Both the position numbers and the translations under genes were made by a program. From the NCBI GenBank assembly GCA_900088475.1, contig FLMG01003327.1:1-64000 (forward strand): a stretch of DNA of 64,000 bases, read 5' to 3'. The DNA is from Hyphochytrium catenoides (taxonomy: Eukaryota > Protista > Hyphochytriomycota). Below the pieces are notes generated by a model. It was not told the origin of the DNA. It did not search any database and saw only the letters and a list, made by a program, of their open reading frames with translations. The stretch's first letter is position 1; every line of letters starts with the position of its first letter. Shown in pieces: positions 47,990 to 60,561 of this stretch.

Positions 47990-49609
47990 TCATCTCGCGT
48001 GAAGCGCCTTCATGCTACTAAAGGGAGCCGCGGGAAGGGGCTGCGATCAGGTCCTTCAAATATCAGTGCTGGGCTATCACCGTGGTTGGCAAGATGGTCG
48101 TCTCTTCTTCGTCCACGTAATGGCAATCGATTACTGGCATGAGGGCCGTTCTCAAGGCGTAGGTCACGTCTTCTACTTTCTAGTCTATCCAGATGGGCTT
48201 TCAAGCTAGTACAATATAGACGTCGCAACAAGGAGGAACGGCGAAGACAACACCTCGCATGAATCCATTCAACTAACCTAAAGGAGCTGGGTTGACAAAG
48301 AACGTGTCCCAGCAAGCTGCGGGTTTGACTGTGAGGGAGAGACCTCCAGACCTTTGATGGTGAAGGGGGCAGTTTCCCAAGAAGATAATGCTTAGATAGC
48401 AGAGTGTATGGCCCCAAACTGTCCTCCACCTCCATTCGAAGCGTTCGCCCATAGAATGTGAAGACTCTTGTCTTTCTTCCATCTCGCGCACAGGTTCTTT
48501 TCTTCTTCATGTCGGTATAGGCTCAAGGAAGAAAGTCATCCAAACCCTACAACTCCTCATTGAAAGGCCGTGATTGCAAGTGCTCAACTTTGCCAGACAA
48601 TGTAGATATAACTAGTTAAGTTAACAGGAGACCCTTCACTTCTCTAGCCCCATTAGTCCTCTCGCTCATATCTTACTGATCAAGCGACACTTCAAGAACT
48701 CTCTCTGGGTAAGACCATTATCTTGAGAAGTACCTCCATAGATATGCTCTGTGCTGGCTTAGTATGGAGCATCTTTCCATCATCGCGCGCTGAGCTTCAA
48801 CGAACTTTTGTCTAGGTCTTTAAAGCTTTGACTTGCGTTCTGACTGACAAACGACCAACACCAATGTAACGTCATGCTTCTCTCTCCCTCTTCCCCCTTC
48901 CTACTCTACAACCCAACAAAAACGACAGTCCTCAGTCTAGAAGCGTACATATTGTCGACCGTCATGAGCTCATACTGAGAGGCTAGAACCTGAGTTCCCA
49001 AGCGTCTCCCTCATCTGCAGTCCGCAGTCTGCCCAGCATCTGAGTCTCTAACAGATTCTCAGTAAATTTCTGTTTTATGAAGCTTTCTATTCTAATTTAA
49101 TCTTCGTCAACAGTCTACCGCCTAAGAGAAGAACAAGGAGAACTGAGAGCCTTAATGAGCCAGTATTAGAGATCAATACAAGGGTTATTAGAGATCTATC
49201 AAAACTACGTGTTTACTATTTAGAATGAGACACCCCTCCCACCCTTTGCATACATTTTGTTGTAAATAGTTCCAAGAGGCGGCGAATGTTTGAGATAGGA
49301 ATCAGGTGCTGGGCTATGTTTACAATTAGGTTTATGGAGAATATATAGATTGGACTCCTCTGTACGCCCACCCATCCCGGCGCCATGATGACAAGGGAAG
49401 GGTCGAGCGGGCCGCAGGAACTCTGTCCGACGGCACTTCATCTGCAGACTGAGACAGAGATCATTGCGGCGCTTTCCGAAGATCTCCGAAACAAGGATTG
49501 ACGGTTGCTTGGAAGTGAATAAGACAAGTCATCAGTTCTTGAAGAGCTATAGAAGACTCACAACAACGCGGTTATTTCTAATTTGTCCTTAGCATTGCTC
49601 TTTGGAACG

Positions 49610-50768
49610 ATGATGGAGGTAAACAGAGCAGATATAGACAATCTTCAAGCATCAAATCTTATGCACTTTGCATCGTCTCCTTCCTCTATGCAGCATACCG
49701 ACACTAGCCCCGAGGTTCACTCGGCTAAGAATTCCGTTCCTTCGGCTACTTCTAGCTCTGTAATTTTAACGCAGCCAACCGCGACGGTAGCCCCGGCAAG
49801 AGAGTCTTCCAATGAGTTTTCAGCGCAAGTCAAGGCCAAAGCAAGCATTGTCTATGAAGATTTGACCCAGCGTGTACAGAGTCAGGATGCAGCCGTTATC
49901 ACGAAAGCTCTGCAGTACATGAATTTGAGCTACGCAGTGCTGCTGCTTGTCACCACCATCATGGGCTTTATGTCCGGTACCATCGTTGTCTCCCTATGTG
50001 TCCTGTAAGTGTATTGACCATCGACCTTGCTGGCACATTCAAGTGGATTCATTTTACCCTAGTTACGATTTAGTAGATCCATGCCTCTCACGCTGTAGAA
50101 TGGCTCTTCTGCTCTGCTTCTTTTCTTCTGCATCTGGCTTTGGGTGAAGCCAAACCCCAGCAACGACTTCGTGCGATCTAACAAACGACATCTATTTCGT
50201 CTTCATTGCAGATTCTTTAGTCTCCTTGTAGTAGCGTTCGAGGTTCGGGAGATGCTTCCGTACAACGAGCACGTCGTCAGGAACTTTGGATTCCTCTTCA
50301 CTGCGGGAGGCCGTGCCGGCCTGTTCTTCTAGTGCGTAGCGCTTCATGTCTCCTGTGACTGTTGTGCTTCTCTCACCTAGAGTTCCTCTTCATAGTTTCT
50401 TACGCACGTTCCTCCCGTTGGGTTGCATTCCCTTCCCTTCCTGGTGTTTAAATCTCTCTGTCCGCATGACCCTTTGTACTAACTGGGTACTCTTATTTGT
50501 TGTCGATCCAGTGTCGGGACCCTCGCCTTCGCTGTGTCTTCCATTGGTCTGATCACAATGCTTATCTCCTACGCCTTTGCTCTTGTTCAAGGCTTTGTCA
50601 TCTGGAAGGTAAGTCTCCTCTGCTTGGTCCTCTTTAGATGGCCTCCAAGCAGCTCATATTCTTTCTTCTATTGAACACACTCTTTGTAAATTATAGCATC
50701 CCGAGTATCGTGCTCAGCTGGAAGCTGCCGTAGAGTATCAGCGGCCTAGACAGCAAGGCAACGTCTAA
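49610..50768 (+). CDS. COPI-associated / Tvp15-like Golgi membrane protein (multi-exon)
   Basis: FFSLLVVAFE..NFGFLFTAGGRAGLFF resembles the COPI_assoc FGFL...GRG motif; last exon HPEYRAQLEAAV...NV*. Confidence 0.7.
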
Positions 50769-51322
50769 GGCGCTGGCCTAGCCCGTAACTGGGTCCAGTT
50801 GGAGCTCAACGCCCTATCAATTTGCGACTGTAGTCTCTTCCTCTCACTCTCTGCTTTGTGTCTTGCAAAGCTCCGTTCTTCTCGTGACCTTGATTCATGA
50901 CTATCAGGCGTAGCCTGGTAATGGGCTCACTCTACGAGTGAGTATTTACTGATATCTCTCATATATATGAGCCTTTCAGAATCGATCCTCTTAGGAGTCT
51001 GGGGCCAATTGACATGAGAGGATTTTAGCTATCAACTTCCTGGCCTGACCTTCTTACTTCCCTGATGCGCACCCAGGAAATCCGTACCTTCCTTCTCACC
51101 TCTCGTCTCCTCTCTCTCTCTCTCACTCTTCGGCTCCAAAATCCTGCCGTAACTGATTCCCGTTGGAATGCTTAGACCACTCAGCAAATGATGCGACCTC
51201 TGCCCTAATCAGCTTCCCTGATAATCCTCGTGTGTCGTGCCGTTGGCTTCCGCAATCTCCATCAATATCACATCTCGCCTCTTCTCTTTCCTTCCTTTCC
51301 CTGAAAGCTTACTTCGCTGAGG

Positions 51323-52627
51323 CTATGCCCTGCTTACGTACTCCTTTCTCTCTGTATTCACGATAATAGTATCCCCCGTCTCGACAAAGGGTGGTACTTT
51401 GACCGTCACGCCATTGTCTAGCAGTGCAGGCTTGTGCACAGCCGTCACCGTCGCATTTTTGATAATAGCTTCAGTCCGCTACATGGCGAGAGACAAGAGC
51501 AATCAACACACACAGACAATCACACAGCTAATGGTACCGGGATACAGGGAAAGACTTGGGGTTGGAGATTAAAGAGAGAGAGAGAGTGAGGGAGAGAACA
51601 TGCCAACACCATAGTGGAGACGGCAAGCAGGAAACAGGGTAGATGACCCTACCTGCACAACTGCCTTGATAGTGTCCGGAATGGTGATCTTGAAAGGTTG
51701 TCCCTTGTAGTTAAGCACCCTTACTTGCATCCCGTCGGTTAGGAACTGTGCTTTATCGCCTAACATCCCTACGTCAACCTCCACCTAGTAAAGAACGTAG
51801 GCGTTGCGCGGGACAAGGGTAACATGGAAAGTGAGAGAGCCACAATAGTGAGTCCGGCAGGGATAAGACAGTGTGAAAGACTCAAGACTCCAGGACAAAT
51901 AAAGGAGTGAGGAGTAATAGCCTCAAGAGTTAGGGGAAACATAATCGACAAGTCGAGGGAACAAGCGAAAGAGGGTGAGAGAAGGAAGACAGGAAGAGAA
52001 GGAGAACAAAGAAGAGGGGACCAAAGAGAGAGAGGAAAGGAAGAGAGAGGATTCAAGAGAGACGGGGGAGAAGGGATTTCTTCTCTTTCCATCTCCAGGC
52101 CAACCTGTTCATAGGTGTTGGGCTCCATCAGCACAAGTTTCTTTCCCTCCACGTAGAGAACCTGATACGTCGTAGGATCTTCAAGCGATACCTTCTCTAC
52201 CGACTCCGCAGACCTAAACCGATGGTTAAGTTTACCGCCTGTCTTCTGATCCTTCAGCTCCACCTAAGAAGAAGGAGACAAGGTTTAGGCAACATAAATG
52301 GTTCATCGACAGTATGCCTATCCTGGTCAAGCCAGACGGCAAGCTCTACCGCCATCATTCTTGTGAGGATAGCAAGCTGCATAGTGAAATCGAGGCAAGG
52401 AATACCTGCATGAAAGCGCCGCCTTTGCCTGGCTTGACGTGCTGAGCTTTGACGACCTCATACGTCTTATCGTTCAGCTCTATGGTCATACCGATTCTCA
52501 CTTGATTGCCTGTGATTGAAATATACCGAGCTGGTATGGCCACCCCGAGTCTCCTCCCTGCCGGCAGCCCTGACCCACTCCATGGCCCACAGCCTTGGAT
52601 CCCTCGGACAGCTAATCGGCGGATCAT
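51323..52627 (-). CDS. efp: Organellar (probably mitochondrial) translation elongation factor P, 4 exons
   Basis: [71 protein letters not shown]; Arg-rich presequence MIRRLAVRG. Confidence 0.95.
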
Positions 52628-53239
52628 TCTCTTGGATTAACAGAGCTGCTGCTAACAGAGCGATGGCAAACGCAATGAAAATCTTCAACTGAATCTCCAG
52701 AAAAACTCCAAACTCCAGGACCATCAACTTCCTTCATCCCGTCCCATAATAGTCGCATATGTCTCACAAACATTGCTGGCTACGCCGTATCGCTGTTCCT
52801 ACTATGTACGATAACTCCCATTATTGGACCCTTGATAGAAATAGACAATAGGATTTACACCCCTGAGCGACAATGTTGGGGTGAGGTAGGGTCTTTCTGT
52901 CCGTTAGCGGTAATGAGTGCAATTGGATCATCTTCCATCATCAGCTGCTGCTGCTCAACTGGAGAATTGAGATGAAGATTAATCCTCTCGATGAAGGCTG
53001 GTCTCTCTGTCGTCCCATGCTCTAAGGGCTCATGAGGACTTACACCCGCCGGCGCATAGGTCTAGATAGAGTCTGTCGAGAGTGAGCGGGCTCACGAGCG
53101 CGTCTGAGGTTAGGGGAGAAGAGAGAAGGTCTTCCGTCAATGAGATGGAGACCTAATCATCCCAGTCCTTGGGAGTGCCATCCTCGTGCGAGTCTGCCTG
53201 TCACGCCATCACCGAGGGTATTTCTGTCTCCCAACCACC

Positions 53240-55829
53240 ATGGCTCAGCAGGGCATACAGTAAGTGATGGCTTGGACTAAGGGTTTGCTGACGGAATACG
53301 GGCAAGAGGAGGAAAAAGAAGTAATCCGCGAAGAAAGAGAAGAGTTGGGGTCAAACAAATATAGAAGTGAGAGGAGGGACTAAGGCAAAGACGATGGAGC
53401 TGACAATAGAAGGCGATATTAGAGACAGAAAGCGACAACACAGGGGGCCCATAAATAACCAGAGAAATGAGCTATCGGTGATAGAGCTGATGGGGTCATA
53501 GGTCTAACATTACTCTCTCATATCTGATCAACTCTATAATAAGGCGGAAGAGGAAATGGGATCAGCCTGGAGTTTTACCGGCAACCTACGCGCAGGTAGC
53601 AGCTACCACGGTGATGCTATCTAACAAAGGAGTGCTGAAGGGAGACGAGCCAGATGTATTCACCATGGATTATGACATCAACAATGTAGGCAACAGGTAA
53701 GGGCATCCGCGCGGGCAGAGGAGGACATACCGCCATTCCGAAGGCTGCGAAGTAGCCAAACAAGGCTGAACTGACAACAAGAACACCCACAGGGAGAAAG
53801 AGAAAAGAGAGAGGGAGGGGAAAAGAGGATGCAGCCCAGTGAAGAGGAAGGGAATGTGTTGAAACTAAGAGAACAACTTCCCTGTCGCCCTCCGTCCGAG
53901 AGCTTATGGCAGCCCACTCTTTCTCATCTTTTCTACCCCTCACACCTTTGCTCTTTCCAGGCACATTCTCACGAAACGCGAGACCCACGATCGCATCAAG
54001 GAAGAGACAGGTGCCGCCCTTGTGGTGCGCGGCAGGTAATAGACTTGTGCAGCTGAGAAAGGTCGTCCATAAAGAGACAATAACGAAGGCAAAGTACCCG
54101 TCAGGGGTTGAGAGTTAGGAATATTAGCGGTCGCCATGGATCCATGTATACTAGCGGAAAAGTTCTAGGTTATGCTGGATGGTGTTGCTGAGAGAGAGGA
54201 GGCAAACTTAGAGTTCCCACCTCCTGTTCACACTTCAATGCCTTTCCCAGGTTCAAGCCTCCTGGAGCTTCGGACCCTGCTCCCTCAGAGCGGCCGCTGT
54301 TTCTTCATGTCACAGCCGAAACCCAAGAAGCGTTGAATAATGCAGCTACCTTGATAAGGAAGATAACGGAGATGGGCGCAGCAGCCTTTGGTGGTGAGTA
54401 CTCTCTGCTCTGGGCCCTCTTCCTGCTTCCCTCTTTAAAACTCTCTGCTCCATGTGGTCCTTGTGCTATAGAATAAAGATGCAATTCTAGTGTCTCAGGC
54501 TCTCCTTCGCCCTGCCGCGCTATGTCTGTTGCGTAGTATCCCTCCCAATTCCCTTTGGAACTCCTTATTCCTTTTCCCACTTTTCTTTACCTAAAAGACT
54601 TCCCCAAGTCCTTTCTTGCTATCTTGCATTGCTATATCTTAGTGACCGTTGCCTCCTGTATCGTGAAGTGCGTACTGCTGATATCTTCGTGCGCTTCTCA
54701 CTAAGTAGATCTTTCTTCATTCGCCGCTCTTTGTCGGGATATCCCTTCTAGGCGGGAATGGAGGACGGATTGCAGCAGCTGAACCTCATAACACCTCGTC
54801 TGGCTCCCGATACCCATCCCCTCGCGCTCCCGGCGGACGTCAGCAATGCACCATATACATGGGCATAGAGAACGAGCCTGTCTTCAAGCTCAAGCAGCGG
54901 CTGGTGGGAACGAAAGGGGCCTATCTGAAGTATATAACTATGCTTACAGGAGCGAGAGTGCAAATCAGAGGCTTGACGTCAGGACACTTAGGTAAAACAT
55001 GAGGTGGATACATCTGAGAGGTTGTTTAGGAGTGAATCACGCATAGCAGGACGTGCCTGGCAAGCGTTTCATTTCGATTCTTCTTGGTTAGCAAACTCGT
55101 TCCAGATCTGTTTATCTTCTCATCCTTCGTTCTTAACCCTGTTAGTTAGAAATCTCCTCTGTGGGTGGCTGCCACTGGTTCTTTGTTGCTCAACTGCCTT
55201 TATTGTGCTCAGTGCCATGGAGCTCTGGTCGTGGTGTTGCCTAGATTACAACTCCGCTTTCGGCTCTTGCGTAGAACCACCTTATAACCAAGAGGCACCA
55301 GAGCCTTTGCACCTGCATGTGACTTGCAATTCAGCAGAGGGTTTCCGAGAAGCTCGTGCGTTAGTGGAGAGCTTGGTCGAGACCGTCCGGCAGGACTATC
55401 GAGAATGGCATACAAAGTTTGGCGTCACACCTCCCATCCTCCCAGACCTGTACAACCCCCACGGTATGTCTCCCCGCTCTCTTCTCAAGATCCTTTCTCC
55501 CTACGGCCTATCTTGCCCGGATTGAGTCTTTCTGCCACCTCTGCAGCAATATCTCATCGGGATGGCGCAACTAAGAACAAGATATCTCTGTCCATTATTA
55601 TAGGCCAGGCTCCTCATTCTGGCCAAGAAGGCCAACATGGCAACTGGCGGCAGTGAAGATTCTATCGTTTGACGGCTTTTCTGTTGGCGGGTTCTAAACA
55701 TTCCTCCTCGTTTCCTCTGCCCGCTTTACAAGCTCGTTCGCTCGTTCCCATCTCAGCCACTTGCCACCTCTTGCAAGAGATATCTCAGGGGACGGAAAGA
55801 TGGCAAGAATATCTTCCCCTGATAAATAG
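53240..55829 (+). CDS. KHDC4: KHDC4/BLOM7-like double KH-domain RNA-binding protein; ends approximate
   Basis: Spliced DYDINNVGNRHILTKRETHDRIKEETGAALVVRGR, ERPLFLHVTA, VGTKGAYLKYITMLTGARVQIRG, EAPEPLHLHVT. Confidence 0.8.
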
Positions 55830-55998
55830 ATTGGAGGCCCCGAGAGGAAGTGAAAGCTTAGAAGTAGGAACGAGCCCTCAGTTCAGCCTCAGGATCGCTT
55901 GGCTGCCAAGATGGGAAGAGACAGTAGTACAATAGTGGAGGTGGAAGCGGCTACTCCCGTGGTAAGGGATAACCAGATTATGTAGATAAAAGCGCAAC

Positions 55999-57498
55999 TT
56001 ATATTTTAGAAGCCGCCCACAAGGCCAGCTTATAGCCGTACTTCACCGTCGATTGAAGGGATCCTGGAAGGGACTGCTTGAGGCCCTACTCAGATAAAGA
56101 TCATGATTGAGAGCGCCAGAGGAACGGCGGTCAATGGGGCGGTAGGGACGAGGGAGACTGAAAAGATAACCTAGCAATAAAGTCTCGCCACTTACCTCTC
56201 CTTCTGCCTGCTCGGTGATGGACTGCAGATCCATACCGACCTCCTTATCTCGGTGGGCTTTGAACATCTAAAAGTCGGTTGAAAGACGGGAAAAAAGCAA
56301 TGAGCACTTTGCTAGACGAGCCCGTTCTCACCTCTCTTTCCTCAAGATCGCACCTTCCTCTGCGGAGGCCCTTCCTCTTTGAAAGCTTGGCAGCGAGATC
56401 TCTATTTCCGACTCACCTCTTTCAGTTCCTGCTCCTCTCCGTATTGGCTGTGTATCTCTCTGATTTGGTCGTTGTAGTACTCGCTTACTGCGCTTCTAAC
56501 ACCAGCTTCCACCGCCTGTGTCACCTGTGGACCCAGTAAACCTGAAACGCTACCTGCGCATTGAAGTTGGACGACAGTGAGACCCAGCATTTACAGAAGT
56601 AGAGACAGAGAAAGACACTTTGGCAGCTGACGCCGCCACCACCTGTGCAAGACAGGTAGAGCCAATTGTTCTTGACTATTGCCCAATACTCTCCGCTCCC
56701 TTATCTCGTCGTCTCTTTCCTCTCTTGATTAAAGAGCTAGTATTGATTCCCCTCTCACCTAGCACTGCGGTTCCTGCCTCTAATACCGGTAGAAGAGCGG
56801 AGGGTCGTACTCCTCGATCCCTAAGGACATCCTCGATTCTATCCAGGTACAAAGGAGACCCAGAGCTAGGCTGTGTGAAGAGTTCAGTCACGAGAGTAGG
56901 AGGGTACACCATTTAGCAAGAGAGACAACATAGAAAAAGCTTCAGAGGTAAACGGAACAGTCAGACTGTGGAGGCAATCGAGCCATTGATGGGAGCACAC
57001 CTGAGCTACCTCTGGAATTGTACCGAGGTAATCTGTCTTGCCCTGATAGGTGCAGACGACGTGTGTAAGAGAGCGAACGCTGAAGACGAGGACGAGCATA
57101 GGGAAGTGAACCCGAAGAGCAGGCAAAGAGAAGAGAGCAAAGGTAAGGCATAGAGCAGAGATTTAGCCAGGTTCCACTCAATCTAAGAAGGGCAGGCTGC
57201 CACCAAACTTAGTCATAATAACCTAGAGTCTACTGGTGCCCTTCCGCTGAGGCCAAAGGATGCAGTTTACCTGAGCTTCTGCTGCTTGAAGAGTGAGGAC
57301 CTCCGCCGCGTGTGAGGAGCGGATCATCTCTTCCAGCTCCTCTCTCCTTGCTCTCTTCTGGCGGAGTTCCTGTATCGAATCCACCACCACCTCCGGAGCA
57401 AGGCGCTCAGATTCCGTTTGCTGGGTTTGCTTGCTCTGCTGCAGAGAGGTAGGGAGAGGAGGTTGGTCCCAACAAGTGACAGATGAGCCAAAGGCCAT
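55999..57498 (-). CDS. Divergent COQ7-like (ferritin-fold) protein, 6 exons; start may lie further upstream
   Basis: MIRSSHAAE, RGVRPSALLP, GLLG..YYNDQIREI, HRDKE and VKYGYKLALWAASKI* align in order with COQ7 IRVDHAGE, RVRPTVLMP, HYNNQIRTL, FRDEELEH and C-terminal helix. Confidence 0.75.
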
Positions 57499-58319
57499 TC
57501 CAAACAGAGAGAAGTGAGACTGGAGCTTAACGTTAAACGACAGAATGTAGCGCGTGAGAACCTGTTTCCGCCTTTCTACCTACATTTGGCCTAACTATCT
57601 TTCGCATCGGATTCTCATCCTGAGCACCTGTCCACCCAAGGGACCGAAAGCCCCTTCGTGCAGGAGTTAAAGACCCAAATAACCGAGAACTTCTTCTAGA
57701 TAACATTGTATATAAAGACCAGCCGCCGAGGACTGCCTTATACTCTCACGGAGCTCAAACGGCAGCTCTGGAGAACTCTGAGACCTATACCTCAGCCCCT
57801 CAATCGCTGCCAGAGACGCAATGATATCGGGAAAGCATACGCAGATTCTTCAGAAGAGATGAGAACCGAAAATGGACGTTAGCGGCCATTAAATCAGCCT
57901 AGCCGTTACCCAAACAGGGTAAGCCTGCAATGGGAAGGGAAAGTAGCCGTTGGCGCAGGTTGGTCGTTAGGAAGAGCGGGCTGCTGAGAGAGTAACAATG
58001 TTTCCTAGTTGGACCAAACGTCAGAGTGAACCTGTGAGGTTGGTGACAGTGCGTCTCTCCTCCAGAGTGGTAGGAGCTGAGACAGATGCTCCACCGAGTA
58101 GATGTGTAAGGTGTGCGAGTAGATAGGCGCGAGTAAGGTGTTCGTCGTCCTCCCTTGCCGCTTGTGGTCTGCCTTTGGCTATTAAGTGTGTTGGGATTCC
58201 GAGGTGGCTCCAGACCTGACGCATCACAGCCCCCCGAGACTAGAACATCGCGAAGCGGGGGGCAGTAAGGTGACAGCACCACCACTGAGTACTCCAGGGC
58301 CTCAGAATAGAGTTCAGCA

Positions 58320-59439
58320 ATGGCTCAGTGTCCTCAATGCTGGACAGGGACATGTACACGGCACCGCAACCAGGACAGCGGCAGAGGGCTGCAGCAGAAG
58401 GTCCAGTCAACCGTCAAGAACCCAGCAGAGACCCTGAAAAAGATGTATGACCAGCTAGTAGCACCTCAGCTCGCCAAGCTAGAGAAATTGGAGCAGGCTG
58501 CCAAGTCGGAGGCACAGAACGAAGAGGGACATGAGGTGTACAAGAAGGTAGGGAACGCCTGTGACACTGACTGCATTCAGACGGTCAGATTAGTAAAGGC
58601 TAATGCCACTTACGTTCTGTTTTATCATTGTACAGAAAATAGACAAAGAGAGAAAGAAAATTCAAGAGAAAGGGCTTTCGAAGCGCAAGATGTCCTCAAA
58701 GGAGCTCAAGCTACTTCAGTCCGGTCTGAATGCACAGAGTGTCTCCATGCTAGCTCAAGATGACACGGACAGTGAGGGCGACCGTCGGAAGAGGAAAAAG
58801 TAGGGTCTTACTTGATTCCTGTCCCTACCTGGTTTGCTCTCTCTCTTATCTGTAGACCAGCTTTGTCTCAAATCTCTGTCCTATCTACTGGCTTTAGATT
58901 TTTAAGGTGCCTCAGTGCGGCGGCATCTGCTCATCCTATCTTCCTTTTCCCGTTCGTTCATTCTCGAAAACACCCTCCTCATCCCTCTTAAAAGCTCTTC
59001 GCTCTCGTGCTTTCTAGCAATTCACCGTACTGATGGTAACCACATTCGCAGGAAGAAAGAGTCTTCAAGATCTAAGAAGGATTCCAAGAAAAAGAAGAGC
59101 AAGGAAGAACGAAAGAAGAAGTCGAAAAGAAAGAAACGCAGTCGGGCCGACGAGTCAGAGGAGGATAGTTCCAGTTCTTCTGACTCTGAAGGAAGCACTA
59201 CTGACGGTTCCTCAAACGAGAAGCGGCAGAGGTCGCGCAAAAAGGAACGAGAACGAAGTCCCCCATTCAAACGAGCTAGAGATAGAAGTAGAAGTCGAGA
59301 TAGAGGCCGAAGTGATAGCAGGGAGAGGACAAGTCGACGAAGTAGAAGCCGAGATAGAGACAGAGGTCGAGACCAGCGTAGCGAAAGCAGAGAGAGAAGA
59401 GTCAGACGAAGTAGAAGTCGTGACCGAAGCCGCAGTTGA
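58320..59439 (+). CDS. Protein with N-terminal CxxCx4CxxH motif, Lys-rich region and RS/RD-repeat tail (likely nuclear, splicing-associated); 3 exons
   Basis: MAQCPQCWTGTCTRH; GT-AG introns after ~58547 and ~58799; tail RDRSRSRDR...RSRS*. Confidence 0.75.
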
Positions 59440-60561
59440 AAGTAGACAGGAAGGGCAAGTGCTTGGCGAGGTGATCGGCTTTTATTGATGAGCTGGAAGG
59501 ACTTATTATATGGTATCCATAAACGCCCTCCAGAACCTCTATCAGGCCTCTCTATCGCCAAGAAACACAACTTCCTTCTAGAAGAAGCCGAGTAGAACAC
59601 ACCCACCGCTGTCTACGTTGCGAAGCAGGATGCCCAGAAAGTATGGACAGTCACGTCGCCGAACTCTCCAACACCATGCTTGAAGAGGTAGACATCATGG
59701 CAAACCACGCGCCGTCGTATAACCTCTACACTTGATCAGCAGCAGCTTACCACCAACGTACGAAGCAGCGGCCAAACGTCTGCAAGAACTTTCATACCTC
59801 GCGCTTTATACCTTGAGCTCCGCCTGACATTATGGTACAGGAAACTCTATCATGAAGATCCAAGAATCAACAGAGGCACTTCCCCCACAGTTCGCCTATG
59901 GACGTTACCGGCCTTCTGTGTGAAAGTTCCTGAGATATTTGAATTTTAGCATCTTGATTATTTCTTTGGGCGGTGCTGAGGTTGCAAAGTGGGTTGTGCT
60001 TTCAAAAAGTTTTTCGGTCACAGTGACCTGTCTCTCCTGCCCCGTCTGCCATATTATTACTTTCTGATCCTATTCGTAAGAGGAGTAATAGTGGTACATC
60101 ATTGTGTATACTACTAAATCCATCACCAGGTCCAGCAGGCAGCACTTTGTCCGCTCAGTTCGCGGGCCGTCATTGGGTCATTGCCAAGGCGAAGGCACTC
60201 GCCATCATCTCATACTTTCGCTGGTCTTGATGTCGGTCTGCGGGACCAATAGCGGCATGTGAAGTCACAGAGACTCGTCTTTACGAATGCTTAGAGAGAT
60301 AGGGGCCAGAGCGTGCATAAACAGCTACATCCCGCTTTTTCTCATGGTCGTTCGATCTTCCCATTCAGGCCCAGTGAAGACGCTTATAGTGCAGTAACAG
60401 TGCTAGCGTATTCTCGTCTGGAGGACGCTGGAAGCGGTGGCATAACAGTTTCTCATGCCCTTCTCGACGAGGCCTCCTGCTCGATCTCATTGATGGAAAT
60501 CTGGATGGGGACCGAAGCGCAACTCCAGATCAAGGTCGACAGCTAATAGCTCTCAAGCAAG

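Noticed and set aside
59022-59606. 194-aa minus-strand ORF
   Set aside because: Antisense shadow of the RS/Lys-rich exon
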